Assembly (NCBI GenBank): GCA_965226375.1
Contig: CBDDCX010000008.1
Coordinates: forward strand, 416,001-480,000
Reading direction: 5' to 3'
From: Longimicrobiales bacterium
Lineage (GTDB): Bacteria > Gemmatimonadota > Gemmatimonadetes > Longimicrobiales > Gaopeijiaceae
Length of the DNA stretch: 64,000 nucleotides
In this document: one piece after another, positions 9,773 to 18,615 of the stretch
Position numbering within the stretch: the first letter of the stretch is position 1
Layout of the letters: each line of letters opens with the position of its first letter
Program-made: the position numbers and the translations under genes
The notes under the pieces: model-generated
What the model was told of the DNA's origin: nothing
The model's input: only the letters and a program-made list of their open reading frames with translations
Database searches by the model: none

Positions 9773-10892
9773 ATGCCGCTCCACCTGACGCTCGCGACCG
9801 TGCTGTTGGCGGTTCAGGTCCCGACCCACGGGACGATCGAAGGCGTCGTGCGCGGATACGAGCAGACCTCCGGCAGGACCCTGGCTTTTGCCACGGTCGT
9901 AGCGGCGACTCCCGGAGGACACCGAACCGCTGCCGCCGACAGCCTGGGGCGATACCGCTTCGAGGACCTCCCGGCCGGACTCGTGCGACTGCGAATCAGT
10001 CATCCGGGGCATCGGTCGGCCCGTGTGGACGTCCAGGTACCGGCTGGTGGCACGGTCTCCCTCGATGTCGATTTGGAGCGACGACCGATCTTGCTGTCAC
10101 CCATCGAGGTGTTGGGTGACCCGGTTACACGGGGAAGGACGCCTGGTGCGGTCGACCCTCCCCTTGCCGACATCGAAGTGATCACCCTGGGTCTGAGCCC
10201 CGGGCTGGGCGAGTCGGGCCTCGGTGAAGCGGCGGCAACGCTGCCCGGAAACGATCCGGCAGATCCGACGGACGTTCTCTTCATGCGAGGCTCGACGACG
10301 GATCTGAAGCTCGTCCTTCTGGACGGGGCCCCCCGTCTACACGCCGTTCCATCTCGGAGGGCTGCTCAGCAGCTTCGACGCGTTCGCCCTTGGAGGGGCG
10401 GCGCTCCATGTGGGGGGCGCGCCTGCTCGTTACGACGGGGGGCTCTCCTACATACTGGACCTGCGCACCAGGACTCCCAGGAGGGACCGGTTGCGGGGAC
10501 GGGGGGGAATCGACCTGATCAGCGGGCAGGTGGCCCTGGAGGGGCCCATCGGTAACAAGGTCGGCTTCGCGGTCTCCACGCGGGCTCTGCACGATCTGGG
10601 TGCGAGCGTCTTGGGCAGCTCCCATAATCCGTACGGCTATCGTGATGCCCTCGGGAGGGTGGACGTCGAGCTTGGGAATGACCATCTGCTGAGCACGACG
10701 GCGTTCTGGAATCACGAGTCCGTCCGTCTCTCGGTGGACGGTGGGTCGGCAACGCCTAGCACACCTCTTCCGGGTCCGGAGGACGCCTCCCGGGGCAACC
10801 AGGCGCTGACGGTGGCCTACCGTGGGATTCTGGGTGACGTAACACTCGACGCGGCCGCTTCAGCCAGTGGCTACCAAGCGGACCTGCCCCTC
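9773..10892 (+). pseudogene. TonB-dependent receptor, frameshifted (C run 10329-10334) and truncated near 10890
   Basis: Plug motifs continue across frames (LLDGAP / VYTPFHLGG / GGAPARYDGGLS); barrel far too short and replaced by unrelated sequence. Confidence 0.75.
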
Positions 10893-11378
10893 GTGGCGCG
10901 CGAGAAGCTGGGTACGGTGCCGGCGGGACTGGTGCCTGCAGCCGGCAAGGTGCTTGTGCTCTCCGTGAGAGATCTGGCCAACCCGGATCTCGTCTGTGGT
11001 GGAGGAAACTGGAGCGACACATGCGCCAGCATGGTTGTGCTAGAACAGCCGGGGATCGATCCGGGGCGGCGTCCGGGAAGGGTTGAGCTGAGTCTGTTGA
11101 CCGGGCGACGGACCTGGTACCCGCAGGCCGATACGGTCACGCTGGCCGAGGCTCCTCCCCCTGGCTGACCCGTCACCCAAGTGGGCGGGTCCGCCCACCA
11201 GTGGACGGTGTTACTTGGCGACGACGTGAGGCCGGGTACGGATTTCGTGGTGCGATTGACGGTTGGGAAGGCCGGTGGGGCCCAGACCAGGGTCGGTTGG
11301 CAGCTCTCGATCGAGGATCCCGCGGTGGCCGCCGCGCCCGGTGTGGGTCACGACGACTGCGTGATGGAGATCAGCTAG
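10893..11378 (+). CDS. Candidate selenoprotein fragment (in-frame TGA 11166-11168), fused behind the TBDR remnant; own start missing
   Basis: Track ORFs 10410-11168 and 11181-11378 share one frame, interrupted only by TGA; SECIS-like hairpin follows. Confidence 0.5.
11169..11208 (+). promoter_or_regulatory. Putative bacterial SECIS element
   Basis: GTGGGCG-GGTC-CGCCCAC upper stem-loop plus lower stem CCGTC/GACGG; loop starts 19 nt after TGA. Confidence 0.55.
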
Positions 11379-11736
11379 GCTCCAGCCAGGTCGTATCACT
11401 TCCCAGGTTGATGGCCAGGTGCTCCCCCTCACCTCCGGGGGCAGCTCCGTGCCAATGCTCTTCCTCGGGATCGACGACTACCATGTCTCCCGGGAGGAGC
11501 TGAACCTCGGTGCCGTCGCGATTGACGACTACGCACGTGCCACTGAGGCCGAAGAGTATCTGGATATCGTCGTGGCGGTGCCAGTTCATGCGTGACCCCT
11601 CGCCGAACGTTACTCGATAGATCCGGATCGGCAGCTCATCGTCGCGACCGAGCAGCTTCTGCACGAACGCCGGAAGCACGAACGTGTTCTCGTCCGCACG
11701 GTTCCGGGGAAGGCTGGCGCCGTCGATCGCCTTCAT
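11371..11736 (-). CDS. Cupin domain protein
   Basis: NWHRH...Q and EEHWHGA cupin motifs. Confidence 0.88.
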   Translation of the reverse strand: MKAIDGASLPRNRADENTFVLPAFVQKLLGRDDELPIRIYRVTFGEGSRMNWHRHDDIQILFGLSGTCVVVNRDGTEVQLLPGDMVVVDPEEEHWHGAAPGGEGEHLAINLGSDTTWLEPS

Positions 11737-11765
11737 TGTGGGTCACCTCGGGTCCAAGTCGGGCT

Positions 11766-12116
11766 CTACCTCTGAATAATGTCGAAGACCAAGCCGAAGG
11801 GGTCCTTGAAGTACATGCCCCCCGAATCGAGCAGCACGGTTTCGCAGCCTGCGGCGGCCAGGTGCTCCTTAGCGGCCGCCAGGTCCGGGACGTCCAAGGA
11901 TGGAATGAACGACCGGACGTCCCGCTCGTCCCGGTTCACATAAAGTCGCAAGGCGCCGCTGTCCAACTCCAGGTAGTTCGCGGTCCTGGCTATCAGTCGG
12001 AATCCGAGCACACCCTCGTAGAAGGCCCTGGCCTTGTCGAGGTCCGGTACGTGAATGGCGACTTCGGTGTTCGACTTGAAGGCAACGTTGGGTGTTCCCG
12101 CCTCGTCTTGGCTCAT
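11766..12116 (-). CDS. VOC/glyoxalase family protein
   Basis: VPDLDKARAFYEGVLG, YFKDPFG. Confidence 0.88.
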   Translation of the reverse strand: MSQDEAGTPNVAFKSNTEVAIHVPDLDKARAFYEGVLGFRLIARTANYLELDSGALRLYVNRDERDVRSFIPSLDVPDLAAAKEHLAAAGCETVLLDSGGMYFKDPFGLVFDIIQR

Positions 12117-12151
12117 GGTACCTCGGGTCTATCTGAATGAAGGGTTCGACG

Positions 12152-13507
12152 TTATCCACCACCGCTCGCCATGAGCGTTTCGATTTCTTCGGCCGTGTAG
12201 GGAAGCCCCGCGCTCAGGACCTCGTGCCCGTTCTCCGTCACCAGGATCATGTCCTCCAGGTAAAAGGCGTCCACACCGACCGCGAACATGGGCTCGAAGG
12301 CGAGGACGGAGCCGGCTTCCAGGGTGGGCAGGGCCTCCTCACCGCTATCCACGCCCACGCCATGAATGCTCCAAATACCGCGACCGGCGTCGGACAACAG
12401 AAAGTCCCCGGCCTGACGCCCCATCGGCGTCCGGAGGTCTGGTGCGAGTTCCTCGATTCTGGCGGCCGCGGCGGTCCCCACCTCGGTCCTGGTGACACCG
12501 GCTCGCATTGCGCTCATGCCGGCTTTGTATCCTTCGATGAGCAGGTTCCAAGCCTCTCGTTGGCCGGCACTGAAGAAGCCGGAGACCGGGATGGTCCGTC
12601 CCACGTCGCCCCCATAGTGGCCGTCGGCACACCCTACATCCATCCGGACCAGCTCGCCGGCCTGCATCGTCCGGTCGAGAGCCTCGTAGTCGTAGAAGGC
12701 CCTCACCAGCCGTCCGACGTGTGCGTTGGGTCCCGACATGGTCCAGGGCCAGAAAGACGGCCCCTCGGCGCCTGATGCGAGGCATCCGTTCACTACTGCG
12801 GCCTCCGAGTCGCGTTGGGCGATGCCGGGCCTCACGGCCCTCATCCCGGCGATGAGGGCGGCCGCCGTCATGCGTGCGTTGCGTCGCAGAATGTCTACCT
12901 CCGCATCGGACTTCACCCACCGCATGGCCGTGATGGCGGGTCGGGCGGACTCGATGCGGGCCGATGGAAAGGCCTCACTTAGGGCCGTCTGCCAAAGAGT
13001 GATCGCACCCGCGACGGGGCGGAACCCCGGTGGGTTGCCCGTCGATTCCGGGCGTCGCGAGGCGTCCACATACAACGTCGTGACTTCCTCTCCCATGCGG
13101 CTGCGAAGGTAGTCTGCCAAGCCGTCCCAGGATCGTACGCTGGTCAGTCCGTAAGTCTCGGCCGCCTCCCGTGTGGTGGGTAGGACAAGGCCCTGGACCG
13201 GCCGTCCGAACGAAAGCGGGGGAGGCGGGACGAAGAGGTGAGCTTCTCGCCTCGGGCCGTCCAATGCCAGCACAGCATCCGGATGATTGGCGAGCCCGGT
13301 GAAGTAGTAAAACGTGGCGTCCTGACGGAAAGTCGGCTGATCTTCGTCTTTGGCTCCCGACCGCGCGTGAAGCAATACGATGCCGTCGGAGACGGTGTCC
13401 ATGAGCCGAGCCCTGCGCTCCCGGAATTCAGCCTCGGGGACGCCCTGTGCGGTCAAAGGGAACTGCATCACTGCGATGCCGAGAAACACCAGACAGGCTC
13501 TCACCAT
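12152..13507 (-). CDS. Xaa-Pro aminopeptidase-like M24 peptidase, secreted
   Basis: FRQDATFYYFTG, DVGC...DVGRT, HGVG, FEP, LED ligands; ATG after GGAGGA. Confidence 0.9.
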   Translation of the reverse strand: MVRACLVFLGIAVMQFPLTAQGVPEAEFRERRARLMDTVSDGIVLLHARSGAKDEDQPTFRQDATFYYFTGLANHPDAVLALDGPRREAHLFVPPPPLSFGRPVQGLVLPTTREAAETYGLTSVRSWDGLADYLRSRMGEEVTTLYVDASRRPESTGNPPGFRPVAGAITLWQTALSEAFPSARIESARPAITAMRWVKSDAEVDILRRNARMTAAALIAGMRAVRPGIAQRDSEAAVVNGCLASGAEGPSFWPWTMSGPNAHVGRLVRAFYDYEALDRTMQAGELVRMDVGCADGHYGGDVGRTIPVSGFFSAGQREAWNLLIEGYKAGMSAMRAGVTRTEVGTAAAARIEELAPDLRTPMGRQAGDFLLSDAGRGIWSIHGVGVDSGEEALPTLEAGSVLAFEPMFAVGVDAFYLEDMILVTENGHEVLSAGLPYTAEEIETLMASGGG

Positions 13508-13720
13508 TTCCTCCAGCGTTGGACTCGATCGGGGCCGGGATGTGCGGAGTGTCCCCTTATGTGGGCCGAAGCCTCCGGGCGGACGGATAAGACGGCCGTT
13601 CGCACTCGAAGACAACCTTTGCTGGAGGTCCCACGGCCGCAAGCGAGTCGTCGTTACGCAAGTCTGCCACCCCCGCCTCGCCCCACCTTGGGCGAGCGAG
13701 AGAAGGAGGTCGGAACTACC

Positions 13721-15236
13721 TCAACGAATGCGGACGCGTGCGAACCCGGTTTCGTCCGCACGGAAGCGGTACGTCTGAACGGAGACGATGTCACCTTGGG
13801 CGACGTCGCGTAGTGCGTTCTCGAGGTCTCTTTCGGAGCGGACGCGCACGTCGTTCACATGGGTGATGATGTCGTAGTCGGCGAAGAGCTTACCGTACGA
13901 CGGACCGGCCGGGTAAATGCCCGTGACCACGGGTCCGGCGTCTTCCGGGGCGATGTCACCAGGTAGTCCGCGGGCCCGATCAAACCCCACGAGGCAGATG
14001 CCCAGCGGATGGTCCGCGCACGGCAGCTCGAGTTCAGCGTCACCGAGCCCTGGACTTTCGCTTGCCGTCCGAGCCTCGATCTTCTCAGCGCCCAGATGTA
14101 CGATCAGGTGCTCGACGACACCGCCTTCTCGGTGCACCGTCAAGGCCACACTGTCGCCCGGAGCCTTGAACCACACGCTCCGCTGGAGTTGGGCCACGGA
14201 CATCACAGGGTAACCGTCCACCTCGACGATCACGTCGCCCGGACGGAGTCCTGATCGCCGCGCCGGACTGTCCACGTCGCCAACGTCCTGTACGACGACG
14301 CCACAGATCGTGTCGAGGCGTACGGCGAAAGCGTCCTCCGAGGTCGCTCGCGAGGTGGCTGCGCCGAGGACTCTCCGGGTGACGAATCCCTGCTCCATGA
14401 GCTGCGACACGACCGGGAGGATCAGCTTGGCCGGGATGGCCAGCGTGTACCCCTGGTAGTATCCGGATCGGCTGGCGATGGCGGAGTTCATCCCGACGAT
14501 GTGCCCATAGAGGTCCACAAGAGGCCCCCCCCGAGTTGCCACTGTTCGCTACGGCGTCGGTCTGAATGTACTCCTGCATCGAGCCTCGGGAGTTGGGCAT
14601 GACCATCGAGCGGTCCGTCGCGCTGACAATACCTGCGGTCACGCTGAACATGAGCGTACTACCCATCGGATTGCCGATGGCCAGCACCCACTCTCCCACC
14701 CGCATCTGGTCTGAGTCGCCAAGGAAGGCGGTCGGCAGATTCGTCTCGTTTATGCGCACGACCGCTATGTCGCTCAGGACATCTTGGCCGACGATCTCGG
14801 CCTCGTACTCGCGACCGTCGAAGAGACGGACGAACACTCGACGTGCTCCATCGATCAGGTGTTGATTGGTGACGATGTAGCCGTTGGGCAGGATGATGAA
14901 CCCTGTGCCACTGGATGTGGCAGCCCGCGGAAGAGCCCCGGCGAAGGCGCCCTGGAGGCTCAGTGGCATGTCCCGTGACGGGCGGAAGCCCTTGGTCACG
15001 GTCTCAACCCTGATAAATACAACTGCGGGCTGAACGGCACGGGCCACCGCAGCGAAGGCGTTTCCGAGCTGTAGTGCCGAGGCCGTGCCCTCTATCTGGA
15101 CTCGCCCATTGGCGCCGCCGCCGGAGGCGGATCCCGGCTCGGCCGCAGACGCACCGTTGAGAGGGAGGATGGACGCGGCACCCAGCACGAGGGCGAAGCG
15201 TCGCCCACTGGCTCTCGTGATCGCTGTTCGCCTCAT
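13721..15236 (-). CDS. htrA: HtrA/DegP-family serine protease with two PDZ domains; frameshift in a G8 run at 14525-14532
   Basis: Triad TNQH / SDIAV / GNSGG; IQTDA; removing one G gives GNSGGPLVD and joins the two ORFs. Confidence 0.88.
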
Positions 15237-15270
15237 CTCGACCTCCGTGCATCGTTCGCGAGTCGCCGGA

Positions 15271-15505
15271 GATCACCTCGTCTTGCTTACCGCTCTACCC
15301 GTGTTCCGGCACGTCGCTTCGATGCGCCATGGTCCCGAGACTCGCTGGCGACCGGTTCTGGCATCAGCAAGGGGACCTTTGCAGATAGTAGGGGATCACC
15401 TCGTCTTGCTTACCGCTCTACCCGTGTTCCGGCACGTCGCTTCGATGCGCCATGGTCCCGAGACTCGCTGGCGACCGGTTCTGGCATCAGCAAGGGGACC
15501 TTTGC
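15271..15505. repeat. Perfect tandem direct repeat, 2 x 112 bp (15271-15382, 15394-15505), 11-bp spacer
   Basis: Both copies read gatcacctcgtcttgc...ggggacctttgc identically. Confidence 0.97.
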
Positions 15506-15519
15506 TCATGACCTTTCAC

Positions 15520-15535
15520 TGCAACGGCCGTGCCA
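15520..15535 (-). promoter_or_regulatory. Sigma-54 (-24/-12) promoter
   Basis: Minus strand TGGCACGGCCGTTGCA matches TGGCAC-N5-TTGCW; points at the repeats and htrA. Confidence 0.8.
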
Positions 15536-15589
15536 GAGCGAGAGGCGAGTCCCGGGAAGGGCTCGCTATCGGGGGCGATCGGACGTCAC

Positions 15590-15623
15590 CGGAAGTGTTT
15601 TCCGAAATTCGGAAGTGTTTTCC
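15590..15623. promoter_or_regulatory. Putative enhancer (bEBP binding) sites
   Basis: CGGAAGTGTTTTCC twice at 20-bp period, with internal palindrome TTCCGAA-A-TTCGGAA, 55-90 bp upstream of the sigma-54 box. Confidence 0.6.
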
Positions 15624-15649
15624 TTGACCCCGAGAAGAGTCAGGAGAGG

Positions 15650-16576
15650 TCAGCCCGCGTCGAAGAGTCCTTCGACGCTCATGTATCGCTCTCCGCTGTC
15701 GCAGAGCATGCATACGATGACCTTGTCCCGGCATTCGGAATCGCGCGAGAGCCTCAGCGCCGCGCTCACACTGGCGCCCGAGGAGATCCCCACGAGGATT
15801 CCCTCCTTACGGGCCAGTTCACGGCACGTCTCGAAGGCTTCGTCCTCCGAAACCAGGAGTATTTCGTCGATGAGCTCACGCTCTAGAATCCCGGGCATGA
15901 AGCCCGGCGCCGTGCCCATCATACGGTGGGGAGCGAAGCGGCCTTCCGACACGAAGGGTGCCTCCTCGGGCTCGACGCCCACCACCCGCAACTCCGGCTT
16001 TTTTGGTTTGAGCGCCTCGGACACCCCGCACAGTGTGCCTCCGGTCCCGATCGGTGCCACGAAAATGTCGATCAGGCCCTCCGTATCGTCCCAGATCTCC
16101 CTACCCGTGGTCTCGACGTGGGCCTTGCGGTTGTCCGGGTTGTCGTGCTGACCCACGTAGAACGAGCCCGGCGTAGCCTGGTGTACCTCCAGGGCCTTGG
16201 CCTTGGCGCCCTTCGTACCCAACTCCTTCGGCGTGAGGATCAACTCGGCGCCGAGTGCCTTGGGCACGCTGCGTCGCTCCACACTCTGAATCTCGGACAT
16301 GCAAAGGAGCACTCGGTAACCCCGCATACGGCCGATGTAGGCCAGGGCCATGCCGGTATTGCCGGACGTCGCTTCGACCAAGGTCGTTCCGGGACCGATG
16401 TCTCCCCGAGCCTCTGCTTCTTGGATCATCCACAACACCGGCCGGTCCTTCACCGCGATCGGGTTGAAGAACTCGCACTTGCCGAAGAGGCGTGCGTGGC
16501 CGTCGGTGTTGATACGATCGAGGGCGAGCAGGGGTGTGTTGCCGATCAGGTCGACGACCGAGGCTGCGTACTTCAT
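15650..16576 (-). CDS. cysK: Cysteine synthase A (PLP-dependent)
   Basis: IGNTPL, VKDR (PLP Lys), EATSGNTG, GTGGT, GISSGA, DSGERY. Confidence 0.88.
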   Translation of the reverse strand: MKYAASVVDLIGNTPLLALDRINTDGHARLFGKCEFFNPIAVKDRPVLWMIQEAEARGDIGPGTTLVEATSGNTGMALAYIGRMRGYRVLLCMSEIQSVERRSVPKALGAELILTPKELGTKGAKAKALEVHQATPGSFYVGQHDNPDNRKAHVETTGREIWDDTEGLIDIFVAPIGTGGTLCGVSEALKPKKPELRVVGVEPEEAPFVSEGRFAPHRMMGTAPGFMPGILERELIDEILLVSEDEAFETCRELARKEGILVGISSGASVSAALRLSRDSECRDKVIVCMLCDSGERYMSVEGLFDAG

Positions 16577-16613
16577 GGGTGTCGCCCTACGATGAGCGTT
16601 CGGCTCACGTCGC

Positions 16614-17330
16614 TCAGCGGCCGAGAGCACCGTCGATCCAATCCATCACTATCGGTATGTTCAGCGACAGGATGTGACCTTGGCCATCGAGAACCTCGAG
16701 AGTCGCGTCTACGCCACTCGCCTGCAAGAAGTCGAGTGTGGTCTGTGAGTCTTCGAGCCAGCCCGTATCGAGCCCTCCGACAAGAAGCAGTACCGGTGTC
16801 CCGGCTAGACCGTCGAGGTCGGATCCGTCGCCTTCGTACCGTCCAGGCATGCCGACGAGCGCGCCGAATCGATCCGGGTGCTGCACCGCGCTGATGAACA
16901 CGCCGCGACCGCCGTTCGATGCGCCGACCAAAGCTACCTGGCCGGGATCGTACGAGATTTCTCCGTCCAGCCAATCGAAAACTGCCGGCACGAGGTCGTC
17001 GTACAGAGCCAGGGAAGAGGCTCGTATCTGCGGTGCCACGACGTAATAGCCGCGCAGTGCCGGCTCGTCGAGCCAGTAGGTGAAGATCATGTCCATCACC
17101 TCGGTGACGCTGCCATCCCCCCAGGTGAGGGCGAAGATCACGGGGTGAGGTCCGGGGCCCGCCGCCGGGTCCGGACGGACCAAGGCCACGTCGGCGAAGG
17201 CACCACGCCACGGTGCTTTCAACCACTCCACCTGGCGCTGCTCGGCGAGGATGTCGGCAGGGTCCGTCCCGCCGCCGCCGCACGCGCCGAGCAGGAGCGA
17301 AAGGCCCAAGATGCCAACCAAGTTGCGCAC
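16614..17330 (-). CDS. Alpha/beta hydrolase (esterase-like) lipoprotein
   Basis: Lipobox LLGAC; GASNGG nucleophile elbow, Asp and C-terminal GH. Confidence 0.8.
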   Translation of the reverse strand: MRNLVGILGLSLLLGACGGGGTDPADILAEQRQVEWLKAPWRGAFADVALVRPDPAAGPGPHPVIFALTWGDGSVTEVMDMIFTYWLDEPALRGYYVVAPQIRASSLALYDDLVPAVFDWLDGEISYDPGQVALVGASNGGRGVFISAVQHPDRFGALVGMPGRYEGDGSDLDGLAGTPVLLLVGGLDTGWLEDSQTTLDFLQASGVDATLEVLDGQGHILSLNIPIVMDWIDGALGR

Positions 17331-17433
17331 TACGATCGCCCTTTTTCTCGGTGAAAATCCCGACGCTCCGCTCCCACTGGCGGAGTATCATGGTAACCCC
17401 AGACCCTAGATGATACGAGTCTGGACCATCGCA

Positions 17434-18534
17434 TTACCCCCGTTGGGTGGCCGGTCCTCCGGGGGGAGTGCTCTCGAGCTCGTTCGTCCTCGCTGCCGCC
17501 TCTACGGAGGCCAAGCGAACGGTTTCCCGTTTCCCCCGTAGCTGCACTTCGCCCACGGATTCGACAACCAAGGTGGCGGGCAGGATCAGGAGGTCGAGGA
17601 TCTCCTGGGAGATGAGCAACCGAGCACCCCGATCCTTGCACAGTGACAGGATGCGGGCCGTCGCGTTCAGCGCGTCACCGTGGAACGCGCGCTCCTTCTT
17701 GGCTTCGCCCACCCAAGTGGTCACGACCTGTCCACCATGGACCGCGCCGCGAAGTTCGGGCGTGCATTCGTAGCGCTCTCGATATTCGCGGCCACGCTCC
17801 TCGAGGGACGTGACCATCTCCGTGAAGCACCTCACACAGGCCGCCTTTTGCACTCCTGCCTCGATACGCCAACTGATGATGACCTCGTCTCCGGCGTACT
17901 GATACACCTCGCCATGCCAGGCGAGGATGGCCTCCGATACGTCGGTGAAGAGATTCCGGAGTAGCATGCTGTACTTCAGCGGCCCCAAGCGCTCCGCATG
18001 GGCGGTGGACCCCACGAGATCAGCGAAGAGAAAGATCCGTGACTCCTCCTGGGGATAGTAGTACCGCCCCGTGAGGAGTCGCCTGATCTCTCCCTTGTTG
18101 TGCAGGCGGCGGACCTGGAGGACCGAAGTCAAGGAAATGGCCGCCAGGACCGAGACGATCAGGTCACGGGTGGAGTTTGCGTCGCCGATGTAGATGGACG
18201 CCGCGCTCCCGAGGCCGACATCCAGCGACAGGGCGAATCTCAGGGCATTCACGAGAACCAGAGCCACGAGGATGATGCCGGTGTAAGCCACGACTCGGGT
18301 GAAGTTGAGCATCAGGAAGCTCAGCTTCCGGCTCAGGCGGGGCACTACGAACTCCTCGCCGACCCCGAAAAAGAGGCCGATCAGGAGCCCGACGGAGGCT
18401 CCTCGCACTCCACTCCAAAAGATCGCCGTCTCGTCGAACGCGCTGGCCGCCAACCCGATCAGATAGCCTACGACGACGCCTAGCACGACAAAGGTCCACG
18501 TGGACTTGATCCGCCTACGGAGAATCGCGCTCAT
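17434..18534 (-). CDS. Membrane-bound class III adenylate/guanylate cyclase
   Basis: N-terminal TM helices; FADLVGST, YAGDEV, HGDALNATAR. Confidence 0.88.
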   Translation of the reverse strand: MSAILRRRIKSTWTFVVLGVVVGYLIGLAASAFDETAIFWSGVRGASVGLLIGLFFGVGEEFVVPRLSRKLSFLMLNFTRVVAYTGIILVALVLVNALRFALSLDVGLGSAASIYIGDANSTRDLIVSVLAAISLTSVLQVRRLHNKGEIRRLLTGRYYYPQEESRIFLFADLVGSTAHAERLGPLKYSMLLRNLFTDVSEAILAWHGEVYQYAGDEVIISWRIEAGVQKAACVRCFTEMVTSLEERGREYRERYECTPELRGAVHGGQVVTTWVGEAKKERAFHGDALNATARILSLCKDRGARLLISQEILDLLILPATLVVESVGEVQLRGKRETVRLASVEAAARTNELESTPPGGPATQRG

Positions 18535-18615
18535 TGCAGTTGGAAGATGGGGCGTAGGCCTGTTCGTGAAGTTGGGGCCACGGTCGACCACACGAGCGAC
18601 CGTGGCCCCACGCCA

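Noticed and set aside
11170..11208. Hairpin as an intrinsic terminator
   Set aside because: No U-tract on either strand and the frame stays open through it; a SECIS fits better, though this is not proven.
15271..15505. Repeat as a CRISPR array or known tandem riboswitch
   Set aside because: Only two 112-bp units with an 11-bp spacer and no cas genes; no glycine, c-di-GMP, c-di-AMP or cobalamin consensus recognised by eye.
15085..15627. 180-aa plus-strand ORF with an internal peptide repeat
   Set aside because: Produced by the 123-bp repeat period; overlaps the htrA start and promoter on the opposite strand.
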